Shown piece after piece: positions 26,456 to 36,473 of a stretch of 64,000 bases of DNA. The DNA is from Candidatus Woesearchaeota archaeon (GTDB taxonomy: Archaea > Nanobdellota > Nanobdellia > Woesearchaeales > ARS49). A program made the translations under genes and the position numbers. The stretch covers positions 415 through 64,414 of the forward strand of contig JACQMV010000035.1 of NCBI GenBank assembly GCA_016203395.1. The letters are read 5' to 3'. The notes under the pieces were generated by a model that searched no databases, was not told the origin of the DNA, and saw nothing but the letters and a program-made list of their open reading frames with translations. Positions within the stretch are counted from its first letter, which is position 1; every line of letters begins with the position of its first letter.

Positions 26456-27364
26456 TCAATTATTGTGAATGGCTACGATATTAATATTATGCCAGTATTC
26501 GTAGCCGTTTTTGTTATCATACTTAAGCCCGAGCTTGCGTAAGTATGCCATCCATCTTTGATTGTTTAGAATATTATTAACTTTCAAAGGAACATTCTTA
26601 GAACAGAGCGAAACATGCGCATTTGCTTTTTCAAACAACTTAGGACATAATGAAGAAGCATTCACAGCCAAAACGCCCTTTTTGTTTAAATACTTCCGTC
26701 CTTCACTCAGCAGGTGCTCAAGCAAGCCAATTCCCTCATAAGCGTTATCATCAATGCTGTTAGGCCTTGGAACATAAGGAGGATTACATATCAACAAATC
26801 AAATTTCTGCCTGGAAATTATTTGCAAACCATCCCCAACAAGGAATTTTGCACGTTCGTCCTGTATATTATCCTGCGCGCAACGAATTGCATACACATTA
26901 AGATCATTTACGAGAAGTTCATTCATTTCTGGAAGCTTGTGAAGAACATATTTGCTTAAAAATCCAGAGCCGCAACCAATTTCACAAGCAACCCTGAAAT
27001 CCTGCCTATCACAAAATAACTGTCTAAGAGCATTTGCAAAAACCAGGGTATCAATAGAAGGAGACCATACTCCTCTATATGGGGCGCTCGTGTGAACGCT
27101 TATTCCGTCATATTCCATCCATTTTTTTGGAGAACTGAATAGCGAAAATAATGTATCGCGAATCCTTGGAGCCAATTGCGAAATCCGCCAGTTGTCTGTT
27201 ACAAGAACAGGATCATCAAACTCATACACCCATTCTCTCATACTATCAGGATAAGCATGCACTCTTTTGCCGTCTTCCCTGTCCTTGCCCATTATTGATG
27301 CGAGCTCATCGCCATTTGCAAGAATTGCCTGTCTGGTGATAGCGGTATTGAATTGGGTAATCAT
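26456..27364 (-). CDS. NPPY-motif amino-group methyltransferase (HemK/PrmC-like or N6-adenine-like), last gene of the NAD operon
   Basis: Motif I ACEIGCGSGFLS. Motif IV DLLICNPPYVP. The roughly 130-aa N-terminal region is unassigned. 4-nt overlap with the NadK-like gene. Confidence 0.6.
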   Translation of the reverse strand: MITQFNTAITRQAILANGDELASIMGKDREDGKRVHAYPDSMREWVYEFDDPVLVTDNWRISQLAPRIRDTLFSLFSSPKKWMEYDGISVHTSAPYRGVWSPSIDTLVFANALRQLFCDRQDFRVACEIGCGSGFLSKYVLHKLPEMNELLVNDLNVYAIRCAQDNIQDERAKFLVGDGLQIISRQKFDLLICNPPYVPRPNSIDDNAYEGIGLLEHLLSEGRKYLNKKGVLAVNASSLCPKLFEKANAHVSLCSKNVPLKVNNILNNQRWMAYLRKLGLKYDNKNGYEYWHNINIVAIHNN

Positions 27365-28251
27365 GATGACTCCGGCACAATCACATTGAGCGGTTGATTG
27401 CTTACTCTTATTATCGCAGTGCTACCCCTATGAAATTCATAGTTTTCCCAACAGTCAGAGGTTGCAATGCCCTCTGAATCATTCAAAGACTGAAGCTCAA
27501 CAACATCTCCTGGAAAAAGCTCCCCTTCAAAAATGTTTACACCTCTCTTGAACCTATATGGCTCTGTAGCAATAAAAACTGCTTTCTGCTCTGTCGGTGC
27601 AAAAACTCTCCCTTCATTATGCAAGTATCGTACTGTAGAATCATACCATCCGGTGCTCCCTGCACCAGTTGCAAAAATAAACCCTGAATTTTTTTGCTCA
27701 TACTTCATTTCGCCGAGCCTCCCGCGATAAACCAAAACGTGCCTTGACATAAACTCTCTTAGTCTTTCTCCAAAAAAGTATTCGCTCGTACCAAGAGCCA
27801 TTGGCTTATTATCAACAAATCCCTCAAGCCGCGTCCACTTATTTATACGATACTGCTTATTATGAATCCTTTCAATTACCTGTTCAGGAGTTTCAGAACC
27901 CCAACCGCACAACGCGCCTATACTTCTTGAAGGGTCAGAATTAACACCCATAATAGGAATACTATCAAGAAAATGAGTTACGTAAGTAAAACTATTGTCG
28001 CCTCCCAAAGAAACAACTAAGTCCTGCTCTTTAACTGGTTCTTTAAGCCCGGACATTGCAATCATGCGCGCGTCAGGAAGCAATTCAGCAAAACGTTTGC
28101 GCACAAAAAGCTGGTGTTCATGACTGTCAATAATTACTTTCAGGTTTGCACCCTCACTGCTATATTTCTTAACAAGTTCTTCATGCGAAATCCCGAACTT
28201 TTTTCTATCCCACTCATACTTTGATTCCTTTGCAACAATAAGAATCCTCAT
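27361..28251 (-). CDS. nadK: NAD kinase-like (ATP-NAD kinase family)
   Basis: DLVVSLGGDNSF resembles the GGDG(T) motif. IMGVNSDPSRSIGAL resembles NxGxLGFL. FATGAGSTGWYDS resembles TPTGSTAYS. It is flanked by NAD-pathway genes. Confidence 0.55.
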   Translation of the reverse strand: MRILIVAKESKYEWDRKKFGISHEELVKKYSSEGANLKVIIDSHEHQLFVRKRFAELLPDARMIAMSGLKEPVKEQDLVVSLGGDNSFTYVTHFLDSIPIMGVNSDPSRSIGALCGWGSETPEQVIERIHNKQYRINKWTRLEGFVDNKPMALGTSEYFFGERLREFMSRHVLVYRGRLGEMKYEQKNSGFIFATGAGSTGWYDSTVRYLHNEGRVFAPTEQKAVFIATEPYRFKRGVNIFEGELFPGDVVELQSLNDSEGIATSDCWENYEFHRGSTAIIRVSNQPLNVIVPESS

Positions 28252-29231
28252 TTATCCCTCCCAAGAGAGAGCATTTTCTGAATTGCATTAAGCGCTTTCA
28301 TCCTTACCTCTTCAGAAACGGTTATTTTAAAAACATCATCCTCCAGTGAACGTCTTACCTTCCCAAGAGTGATAGCTTTCATGTACGGGCATACACAGGA
28401 CTCGTCACAACTTTTGTGATTGTAAACTGCAAAAAACTGTTTAAGAGGGTGAGCGCGCTGAAGCATCTGAACAAGTCCGAGCTCTGTGCCAATAATAAAT
28501 TCTTTTTCTGAGGAAGCTCTTACAAAATCCACCATGCCTGTGGTTGATAACACTTCATCAGCCAGCTCGGTAACATCAGGAGAACATTCAGGATGCGCCA
28601 AAACAACAGCACAAGGATGTTGCGCAATCACACTCTCAATAAGCTCTTTCGTAATTGCCTTATGAACAGGACAATAACCTTCCCATGGAATTATTGTCTT
28701 ACTGGTTTTCGGCTGGAAGGAATAATAAAGATTTTTATCAGGAGCAAGAAGCACTTTATCACTATCAACTGCTTCAATCGCTTTTAACGTATTTGCTGAA
28801 GTGCAGATTATGTCTGCATGCGCCTTAACTGCTGCTGATGAATTAATATACAAAACCAACGGCAGCCCGGGATATCTTGCTTTCCATTCAACAACCTTTT
28901 GTTCATCAATAGTATCTGCAAGAGCACACCCTGCTTCACGCGAAGGCAGGAGAACTGTTTTTTCCGGATTAAGAATTTTGGCAGTTTCAGCCATGAAGTG
29001 AACACCACAAAAAACAATTCTATCATGTCTTGTTTTTGTCGCTTGCATACTTAATCCATATGAGTCTCCAACAAAGTCAGCTATCTCGTGCACTTCAGGA
29101 CGCTGGTAGGTGTGACACAACACCAAACAGTTTTTCTCTGCTTTCAAAGAACGTATTGCTAAAACATTCTCCTGCACACTAAGAGAGTCATACGCGTCCT
29201 TATTATTAATTATTTTGAAAGGACTTTCCAT
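28248..29231 (-). CDS. nadA: Quinolinate synthase NadA
   Basis: [27 protein letters not shown] resembles [36 protein letters not shown] is present. Conserved cysteines are [13 protein letters not shown]. Confidence 0.85.
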   Translation of the reverse strand: MESPFKIINNKDAYDSLSVQENVLAIRSLKAEKNCLVLCHTYQRPEVHEIADFVGDSYGLSMQATKTRHDRIVFCGVHFMAETAKILNPEKTVLLPSREAGCALADTIDEQKVVEWKARYPGLPLVLYINSSAAVKAHADIICTSANTLKAIEAVDSDKVLLAPDKNLYYSFQPKTSKTIIPWEGYCPVHKAITKELIESVIAQHPCAVVLAHPECSPDVTELADEVLSTTGMVDFVRASSEKEFIIGTELGLVQMLQRAHPLKQFFAVYNHKSCDESCVCPYMKAITLGKVRRSLEDDVFKITVSEEVRMKALNAIQKMLSLGRDK

Positions 29232-29638
29232 TCTTCATACTCCCTCACTCTTTTGTTGTGGTCAAACGCCAACTTAGGAATCTGCGAAAGTGGAAACACT
29301 CCTGCTTTCTTTGCATCATCCTTTCCTATGGGAATTCCTGTTGCACGACCAACAAAGCCAACACTGTTAACATGGGCTCTTGGATCACGATCTGGCTCAG
29401 AATACGCCCTTAGCTGGCAGTCATACAATTCAACATCAAGAGTTGTTTCTTCTTTTGATTCTCTGACTGCTGCTTCCTCAAGAGTTTCTCCCACTTCCTG
29501 AAAACCACCTGGCAAAGCCAACATTCCCTGAAAAGGCGGGTTTTTTCTTGTCACCAAAACAATGCCTGTCATTTTATTATCCTCATAATGCTCTATAATC
29601 ACATCAACTGCTGTTGGAGGATTATTATTATGACTCAT
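29210..29638 (-). CDS. Nudix hydrolase
   Basis: Nudix box [24 protein letters not shown] (G-x5-E-x7-REUxEExGU). Start at ATG 29638, an ATGA overlap with the upstream gene. The 3' end overlaps the nadA start by 22 nt. Confidence 0.7.
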   Translation of the reverse strand: MSHNNNPPTAVDVIIEHYEDNKMTGIVLVTRKNPPFQGMLALPGGFQEVGETLEEAAVRESKEETTLDVELYDCQLRAYSEPDRDPRAHVNSVGFVGRATGIPIGKDDAKKAGVFPLSQIPKLAFDHNKRVREYEEWKVLSK

Positions 29639-30321
29639 ACCAACGCCTCCAGTTTTCCTTGCATAATATCTTCTGTTTTGACTAACAAAACCCCTTCTTT
29701 TTCCCAACTATCAAGAAGAGCGAGCTCTGACTTGTCAAATTCTTTCACAGCATCAGAAACAACTGCAATCTTGTAACCAAGTTCTACAAAATAGTCCTTA
29801 GCTTCTTTCACGCAATAACCAAGCACGAGCCCTGCCAAAACAATAACTCTCGGCTCAATCATTGCAAGCGCAGGAGCAACATTATAATTCACTCTGGGAG
29901 AAAGCGAAGCATCAGCACCAACATCAGTACTTCTTTCTGCCTTTTCAAAATACACTGGCTCGTTAAAATTCACTATTGACTCTAGTTTTTCTTTTGAAAC
30001 GCACTCAATAGGAACATATACTGCATCTGGAAGCTTTGTTTCTTCAATCTGCATCTGCCCGGGAGTGCCTTTCACACCATGCTTTGGCCATTTTGAAAAA
30101 TGTTTCACATCAGTAGTGTGAGCATCCACCCCTCCAAGAATCTTCCAGTTAGGATTAGTCCATGCGTAGGTAACTAATTGCTTAAGATTCGGACGAATAA
30201 CTGAAGAGCCAGCCACTGGCAAGCCAGGAACATACACTTTCCCATTATGGCTGAACCTTGTATCAAAAAAATCATTTATTGTATCAGTCAACCAAAGAAT
30301 ACTTGTTTTCTGAGCCCTCAT
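29635..30321 (-). CDS. Isochorismatase-family hydrolase, probable nicotinamidase (PncA-like)
   Basis: [10 protein letters not shown] (D..NDF). [34 protein letters not shown] resembles the PncA catalytic Cys region VCGVATDICV...LGY.V.VV.DA. Context with pncB supports the call. Confidence 0.55.
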   Translation of the reverse strand: MRAQKTSILWLTDTINDFFDTRFSHNGKVYVPGLPVAGSSVIRPNLKQLVTYAWTNPNWKILGGVDAHTTDVKHFSKWPKHGVKGTPGQMQIEETKLPDAVYVPIECVSKEKLESIVNFNEPVYFEKAERSTDVGADASLSPRVNYNVAPALAMIEPRVIVLAGLVLGYCVKEAKDYFVELGYKIAVVSDAVKEFDKSELALLDSWEKEGVLLVKTEDIMQGKLEALV

Positions 30322-31670
30322 TTTCTTTCCTCCAAATATTTTTTTGAAACACTTTCAGAAAGTGCTTTAAGCCCCGGACTAATCTCAACACTGTATGCTG
30401 AAGGATTCGTTATTCTAATTATATCACAAGGAAGCAATGAAAGATCGTACTTTGCATACTTCTGAATTTCATCTAAAGATCTTATTCTGTCAGTGCGCTC
30501 TCCTTTTTGTATTACCGGAAAAAGCAACGGGCATCCGGGCACAGCTCCTTCATCTTCAAGCGCAACTGTATCATAATCCATTCCGAGCCGGTTTTCAACC
30601 CTGAACACCTGCTTTCTTCCTGGACGCGTTTGCTTGCCATCGCTGGTCTTCATTTTAGGAACAAAACTGCCATTTTCATATATTTCTACCAGCTTGTAAA
30701 CTCCGCCAATAGCAGGACAATCACGGCTTGTAATCATCTCAGTGCCAACACCATAAGCATCAATCCTTGCTCCTTTACTTTTCATATCTGCAATTTTGTG
30801 TTCATTCAAGTCATTGCTTGCAACTACCATTACATAACCAACGTTATTAGCATCAAACAATGAACGAACTGCCTTGCTTTTCTCAACAAGATCTCTTGAA
30901 TCAAGCCGCACACCACATAACTTGTTACCCTGCATTTCAAGCTCTTTTGCCACAACTATTGCATTTTTAGCACCCTGCATTACATCATAAGTGTCAATAA
31001 GCAGAACAGGATCTGTTGGAAATGTTTTCACGTATTTCCTAAATGCTTCAAGCTCTGAACAGCATGACATTACAAAACTGTGCGCATGAGTCCCTTTCAC
31101 AGGAATCCCAAATAACCTGCCTGCTTCAACATTAGAAGTAGCTGTGCACCCGCCAATATAGCATGCTCTTGCACCATTAATTGCTGCACTTTCATCATGA
31201 GCACGACGAAGCCCAAAATCTATAACTGGAGAAGGATTTGCAGAATGAACAACCCTGCTTGCTTTTGTAGCAATCATTGTCTGAAAATTAAGCTTGTTCA
31301 AAACATAGGTTTCTATGAACTGAGCTTCTTGAAGCGGAGCAGTCACCCTTAACAACGGCTCATTAGGAAAAACAACACTGCCTTCTGGAACTGCCCAAAC
31401 ATCACCAGTAAACCTGAAGCTGCTCAAATAAGAAAGAAAATCTGCTTTAAACTTATTAAGAGAGCCAAGATAGCGAATATCTTCTTCTTCAAAATGCAAG
31501 TCCTTAACATAATTAATCACGTCTTCAAGTCCTGCTGCCAAAAAATAACCCCAGTTTTGAGGCAGTTTTCTGAAAAACATTTCAAAAGTTGCAGTATTAT
31601 TCATCCCATGCTCAAAATAAGAAGCAAGCATGGTAAGCTGATACAAATCAGTAATAAGCGCTTTGCTCAT
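30318..31670 (-). CDS. pncB: Nicotinate phosphoribosyltransferase
   Basis: The N-terminus LITDLYQLTMLASYFEHGM is the NAPRTase signature (TDLYQLTM). 450 aa. Confidence 0.8.
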   Translation of the reverse strand: MSKALITDLYQLTMLASYFEHGMNNTATFEMFFRKLPQNWGYFLAAGLEDVINYVKDLHFEEEDIRYLGSLNKFKADFLSYLSSFRFTGDVWAVPEGSVVFPNEPLLRVTAPLQEAQFIETYVLNKLNFQTMIATKASRVVHSANPSPVIDFGLRRAHDESAAINGARACYIGGCTATSNVEAGRLFGIPVKGTHAHSFVMSCCSELEAFRKYVKTFPTDPVLLIDTYDVMQGAKNAIVVAKELEMQGNKLCGVRLDSRDLVEKSKAVRSLFDANNVGYVMVVASNDLNEHKIADMKSKGARIDAYGVGTEMITSRDCPAIGGVYKLVEIYENGSFVPKMKTSDGKQTRPGRKQVFRVENRLGMDYDTVALEDEGAVPGCPLLFPVIQKGERTDRIRSLDEIQKYAKYDLSLLPCDIIRITNPSAYSVEISPGLKALSESVSKKYLEERK

Positions 31671-32578
31671 GGCTTCTCCGCCACAAGAATCATTGTACTA
31701 TCAGGGAAAGGTTGTGGCACGAGCTTCCCGCCACTTTCTTTGAACAAAACAAAGTTTTTTTCATAATGTGTCATTCTAAGCCAGTCAATAAGGTAAGATT
31801 GCTTATAAACCACGCGGAAACCGAGCTTTTCAAGCTCATTAGCATATTCATTCATACTCCAAAAACCAAAGTGTTCTTTAACCTCAATATCCCAGTTCAC
31901 GTCATAAATGTATTTTGTAAGAAACTCCATGCAATCTGCCCTGCGCAATTTTACAATGTCGCCTTCTTTTTTGTACGGAATCTGATAAGGACCAAAGTCC
32001 TTTGCAAACCTATAAAACTTCTGCAAAACCTCTTCATTCTTGAACGAAAGCCCAACTAAATCATTTTTTGGCTTTACACCATCTCTTATAATCAATCGTC
32101 CGCCCGGCTTTAGCGAATCATACGCATTTTTCAAGCCAGCCCTAACAGCACTTCGGTCATAACCACTGTAAGAATACACCTCATGCAGAACAGAACAAAA
32201 AACAGCAGTGTTTAGCGTGTTCTCAGGAAATTTAGCTTTGATAATATCTGCTTTTTTGAGAATAACTTTTCCAGCATACTTGCGCTGTTCAGCCATGTCA
32301 AGAAGAGTATCAGACAAGTCAACACCAACAACTGTGCTTTCAGGAAAATGAGCAGACAAAAGCTCAAGCACAGCACCATTACCACAACCAAACTCTACAA
32401 TATTCCCCGGAAGAACAAACGCAAGAATTTTTGACTTCTCCTGCATGCTTGCATTCATGTTCTTTGCATACACCTTAAAACCCTGCTCGCCACGATCATA
32501 AATTTCCTGTTCCAATGTCGTTTCCAGTTCCATAACGCGAATAATGATGCCAAACATAAGAGACTTATGTATATACAA
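31667..32578 (-). CDS. Class I SAM-dependent methyltransferase, first gene of the NAD operon
   Basis: Motif I VEFGCGNGAVLELL. Acidic residue after beta-2 (GVDLSD). 4-nt overlap with pncB. Confidence 0.55.
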   Translation of the reverse strand: MYIHKSLMFGIIIRVMELETTLEQEIYDRGEQGFKVYAKNMNASMQEKSKILAFVLPGNIVEFGCGNGAVLELLSAHFPESTVVGVDLSDTLLDMAEQRKYAGKVILKKADIIKAKFPENTLNTAVFCSVLHEVYSYSGYDRSAVRAGLKNAYDSLKPGGRLIIRDGVKPKNDLVGLSFKNEEVLQKFYRFAKDFGPYQIPYKKEGDIVKLRRADCMEFLTKYIYDVNWDIEVKEHFGFWSMNEYANELEKLGFRVVYKQSYLIDWLRMTHYEKNFVLFKESGGKLVPQPFPDSTMILVAEKP

Positions 32579-32639
32579 CTAAAAAAATGTACATAATGTA
32601 TTGAAAAGATACATATTATAAGCACATAATACTGGTGAC

Positions 32640-34322
32640 ATGAACAAATACCCAAGAATAGCAATAGCCCAGATAAATCCGATAGTAGGCGACCTTACAG
32701 GAAATGCGACTAAAATAATACAGTATATAGAAAGAGCAAAAGCAGAAGGTGCAAAAGTGGTCATATTCCCTGAACAGGTAGTGACTGGCTATCCTGCACA
32801 AGACCTTCTCCTGCATGAAGACTTCATCAGAGACACAATGTATGTTACTGAACAAATCGTCAAAAACACGCAAGGGATAACTGCAATAATCGGAACAGTA
32901 AGAGCAACTGCCCGTGGTCCCGGAGGAAAATCCGCGTATAACACTGCAATTGTTGCAAAAGATGGAGAGATAATTGCAGAACAGCAAAAAACATTACTAC
33001 CAACATACGATGTATTCCACGAACTAAGATACTTTACTCCTGCAAAAAAAGTAAAGCCAATAGAAATTGACGGAATAAAATATGGCATACAATTATGCGA
33101 GGACATGTGGGATGAGGATTATGACAGAAAAATAACCAAGGAACTTGCAAACCAGGGCGCTGAGCTGATGATAAATCTGTCTGCTTCTCCATACTATGTG
33201 CACAAGAAAAAGGTAAGAACCAAAATAGTGCAAAGTCACGCCAAAAATAATGAACTGCCTTTTCTGTATATCAACATGGTCGGAGCACAAGATGAATTAA
33301 TATTTGATGGAGGAAGTATTGTTGCAAATGCAGACGGAACACTGGCATACCAGCTACCGCAATTCAGAGAATGCCTGCAAATCATTGAGCTGGACAAAAA
33401 ACCAATAACTGAACTGGAAATAAAAATAAAGGAAGAGGAAATCTTTGAAGCACTAAAACTCGGAGTGAGAGATTACTTCCAAAAAAATGGGCTCAGAAAA
33501 GCAGTATTAGGATTATCTGGAGGCATTGACTCAACACTCACCGCAGTAATAGCAAAAGAAGCACTTGGTGCAGAAAACGTAATAGGAATAGCAATGCCTT
33601 CCAAATTCAGCACAGACCATTCAATAACTGATGCAGAAGCACTTGCAAAAAATCTTGGAATACGACTGGATTATGTGCCTATAAAAGAAATGTATGATTC
33701 TGCTGTGAAAGCCATGCAAGCTTCATTTGAAGGAAAATCGTTTGATGTCACTGAAGAAAATATACAAGCAAGATTAAGAATGATGATACTAATGGCATAC
33801 ACGAACAAACACGGGTACACTCTGCTAAGCACTTCTGACAAGAGCGAAACTGCTATAGGATACACAACACTTTACGGAGACATGAGCGGGGCGCTCTCAG
33901 TAATAAGCGACCTCACAAAACCCGAAGCATATAAAGTCGCAAGATGGTACAATGAAAAAAACGGAGAAATTATACCTGAACACATTCTTACAAAGCCACC
34001 AAGCCCTGAACTCAAACCAGGACAAGTAGCTCCATTTGATTACGAAAGATTAAGCCCTATAATGGAACTAATAACCAACAGAGTCCCACTAAGAAAAATA
34101 CACGCACTTGGTTACAAGTGGGATGAAATAAGAATAGTGTACCAGAAATGGAAAAATGCTGAATTCAAAAGATTCCAGTCACCAATTGCACTGAAATGCA
34201 AACCAACAAGCTTTGGCAAAGGAAGGATATACCCTGTAACAAACAGATACATTCCATCTGCATTGTTTGAAAATGATGAAGAAAAGATTGAGTGCGAAGA
34301 AACAGTGTGCGTTTTGAAATAA
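32640..34322 (+). CDS. nadE: Glutamine-dependent NAD+ synthetase (N-terminal nitrilase/CN-hydrolase domain plus NadE domain)
   Basis: CN-hydrolase N-terminus (RIAIAQINPIVGDL...VVIFPE, catalytic C in LCEDMW). PP-loop LGLSGGIDSTL. 560 aa. Confidence 0.85.
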   Translation: MNKYPRIAIAQINPIVGDLTGNATKIIQYIERAKAEGAKVVIFPEQVVTGYPAQDLLLHEDFIRDTMYVTEQIVKNTQGITAIIGTVRATARGPGGKSAYNTAIVAKDGEIIAEQQKTLLPTYDVFHELRYFTPAKKVKPIEIDGIKYGIQLCEDMWDEDYDRKITKELANQGAELMINLSASPYYVHKKKVRTKIVQSHAKNNELPFLYINMVGAQDELIFDGGSIVANADGTLAYQLPQFRECLQIIELDKKPITELEIKIKEEEIFEALKLGVRDYFQKNGLRKAVLGLSGGIDSTLTAVIAKEALGAENVIGIAMPSKFSTDHSITDAEALAKNLGIRLDYVPIKEMYDSAVKAMQASFEGKSFDVTEENIQARLRMMILMAYTNKHGYTLLSTSDKSETAIGYTTLYGDMSGALSVISDLTKPEAYKVARWYNEKNGEIIPEHILTKPPSPELKPGQVAPFDYERLSPIMELITNRVPLRKIHALGYKWDEIRIVYQKWKNAEFKRFQSPIALKCKPTSFGKGRIYPVTNRYIPSALFENDEEKIECEETVCVLK

Positions 34323-34329
34323 AGAAAAT

Positions 34330-34880
34330 CCACTACTGGTTTGTGCAAATATTCTCCTGAGACTGCCAATACTTGTCAAAAAAGGTGTTGTTATTTTTCC
34401 ACAGCCCTTGTGGCTTGATGAGTAGTTTGAAGGTATTTGGTTTTGTTGCTATACTTAGCCCTTACCATGTGCTTGCGACTGCCAATACTTATTAAAGAAT
34501 GTGTTGTTATTTCCTAGCAGCCCTTGTGGCTTGGCTCATGATTTGAACGCTTTTTGTTTTGTTGTCATACTCCGCCCTTACATTTTGTTTGCGTTGTGTT
34601 TGCAACCGGCTGCAACAAATGGTATTGCTCTTGTCAATAAAACTGCTAATTGCGTTAAAGTTCACAGTCAGAGCACAAGGACTGTAGGGCAAATATGCCA
34701 TTTGTTTAGCGTATTCTTAGCAAGGGCTGTGGGATTAATACATTACCAAATCAGGTTATTTTTAGGGAAGCAACAACTGGTATTGCTTATGACGATGAGC
34801 GTGTCTGATTGCAGTAAGAATTAATACTGGAGCACAAGAGCAGCATTGCAGATATTTTGTTCAGAGTATTTTTAGCAACT
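34330..34880 (-). repeat. Dispersed modular intergenic repeat, copy C (reverse orientation; module 3 tandemly duplicated)
   Basis: Two consecutive units gactgccaatacttgtcaaaaaaggtgttgttatttttccacagcccttgtggcttgatgag...cccttaccatgtgcttgc and gactgccaatacttattaaagaatgtgttgttatttcctagcagcccttgtggcttggctcatgatttgaacgc...cccttacattttgtttgc. These are followed by gtgtttgcaaccggctgcaacaaatggtattgctcttgtcaa...aattgcgttaaagttcacagtcagagcaca, which is the reverse complement of modules 3 and 2 of copy A. Confidence 0.7.
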
Positions 34881-34917
34881 GCAGAAAACATCAAAAATTC
34901 CTTGCGCTTGTTATAGG

Positions 34918-35829
34918 TTACTCTTCAACCTGAGGTAACAGAAGAATCTCTGCTAACTGAATAACCTTCTCAATAATACTTCTAAGATAGAATGTTTTAC
35001 TGGTTTCTTTTGCAAAAAACTCATAAACAGGAGCAGCAACCTTTTTTGTTCCGGGCCAGTACAGGTAATACTGGCTGAAAAACTCCTGAATGCCCCTGTT
35101 TTTCTGAAAGTGTGATTCGTATAGCAATCTGAGCAAGGAAGAGCAATGCTCAACACCCTTTTTCAATTTGGCGCTTTCAGAATAGTTCTGGAGCTCAATA
35201 GTAAACCTTGTAATGTCATCGCCACATTCCTCAAGAACGAGAAGTGCATGAAAAAAATGAAGTTCAGCAAATCTGTCATTAACATAGCCCTGAGCAATCA
35301 TGCGAATGGAAAGATTAACTAACGCATTAAGGTCAGCATCACGATGAAAAAATGTTTTTAATGCGTTTTTGTCACCAAGTATTTCTTTCAAGTCATCTAG
35401 CTGCTGAAGCAGAATAAGAAAAACCCGCCTGAATAAACCGTTGAAGTCCTGTTCAAGCTCTGTTGGCAGAGAGCGGATAAGGCATCTGCCACGCTTGTTT
35501 TCCATAATCGCAAAGCCGAGAAGATTTCGGACAACTGTTGCAATGTTTTGATATTCTTCAGACGTTTCATACAAAACAACAACTTCTGAATACCCCCTTC
35601 TGTACACCGTTGTGAGAACACTCACAGTAGAGGGCCAGTCGTGTGATTTAAGATTAATTGTCAACGATTTCTTCCTCTCAGAATGGCTGGAAGTTATTCT
35701 CAATCCTTGTTCATCTTCATCTATGTTAAGCGTGTCGCCTTTCTGCAGCTCATGTTTTTTAATCCATTTGTGAGGCAGGGCTATTGTCAAAGAAGAAGGC
35801 CCGTGCGCAATAAGCTTTCTCACCTGCAT
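34918..35829 (-). CDS. AbrB/SpoVT-PhoU fusion regulator (archaeal PhoU-like phosphate uptake regulator family), paralog 1 of 5
   Basis: N-terminal swapped-hairpin AbrB motif MQVRKLIAHGPSSLTIALPHKWIKKHELQKGDTLNI. The helical PhoU-like remainder resembles the ORFs at 43473, 45273, 60794 and 61979. Confidence 0.6.
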   Translation of the reverse strand: MQVRKLIAHGPSSLTIALPHKWIKKHELQKGDTLNIDEDEQGLRITSSHSERKKSLTINLKSHDWPSTVSVLTTVYRRGYSEVVVLYETSEEYQNIATVVRNLLGFAIMENKRGRCLIRSLPTELEQDFNGLFRRVFLILLQQLDDLKEILGDKNALKTFFHRDADLNALVNLSIRMIAQGYVNDRFAELHFFHALLVLEECGDDITRFTIELQNYSESAKLKKGVEHCSSLLRLLYESHFQKNRGIQEFFSQYYLYWPGTKKVAAPVYEFFAKETSKTFYLRSIIEKVIQLAEILLLPQVEE

Positions 35830-35924
35830 AATGCGTGAATAATTACTTGCTATATATACTTTTCGGTTTTATGTACATTATTGACCGAAAAGATACATAA
35901 CAACAACAAAGATACATCTGGGCT

Positions 35925-36473
35925 ATGAAAGACCTCGGAGTTGTGGGGACTGTGGCAAGATTCAAGCCAGTGCATAAGGGCCATGCGGCAGTGCTTGAGG
36001 CGATATGCGAGAGAGCGGACAGAGCAATAATTGGGCTGGGAAGCACTAATAAATATGATGTGAACAACCCATTCACTGCGCAAGAAAGCAGAGAAATGAT
36101 AGGGATTGTGCTGAAACGATTCAATAATTATACGATTATAGAAATCCCTGATTTGGATCATGGGCCAAGATGGAGAGAACAGGTTTTGAAAGCGTTTGGA
36201 AAACTAGATAATTTTGTGACAGCAAATGATTATGTTGCAAGATTACTGAAACATGATTATAATATACTACACACACTCACGATTATTCCCGGAGAGAAGA
36301 GATTCCCTGTAACCGGCACAATAGTGCGGTATACAATGGCCTGCTTCTCTCCATGGGAACGCCTTGTTCCTGAGCAAGTTGCTGATTACATAAAAACAAG
36401 AAAGCTTGATGAGCGCTTCAGAAGAGAGTTCGGCCAGACAGCTATCCGCGAATATGCAGGGGTGGCTGTATGA
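35925..36473 (+). CDS. nadM: Nicotinamide-nucleotide adenylyltransferase (archaeal NadM type)
   Basis: GVVGTVARFKPVHKGHAAVLEAI matches archaeal NMNAT G.FIGRFQPFHKGHL.VI, the (H/T)xGH nucleotidyltransferase motif. 182 aa. Confidence 0.75.
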   Translation: MKDLGVVGTVARFKPVHKGHAAVLEAICERADRAIIGLGSTNKYDVNNPFTAQESREMIGIVLKRFNNYTIIEIPDLDHGPRWREQVLKAFGKLDNFVTANDYVARLLKHDYNILHTLTIIPGEKRFPVTGTIVRYTMACFSPWERLVPEQVADYIKTRKLDERFRREFGQTAIREYAGVAV

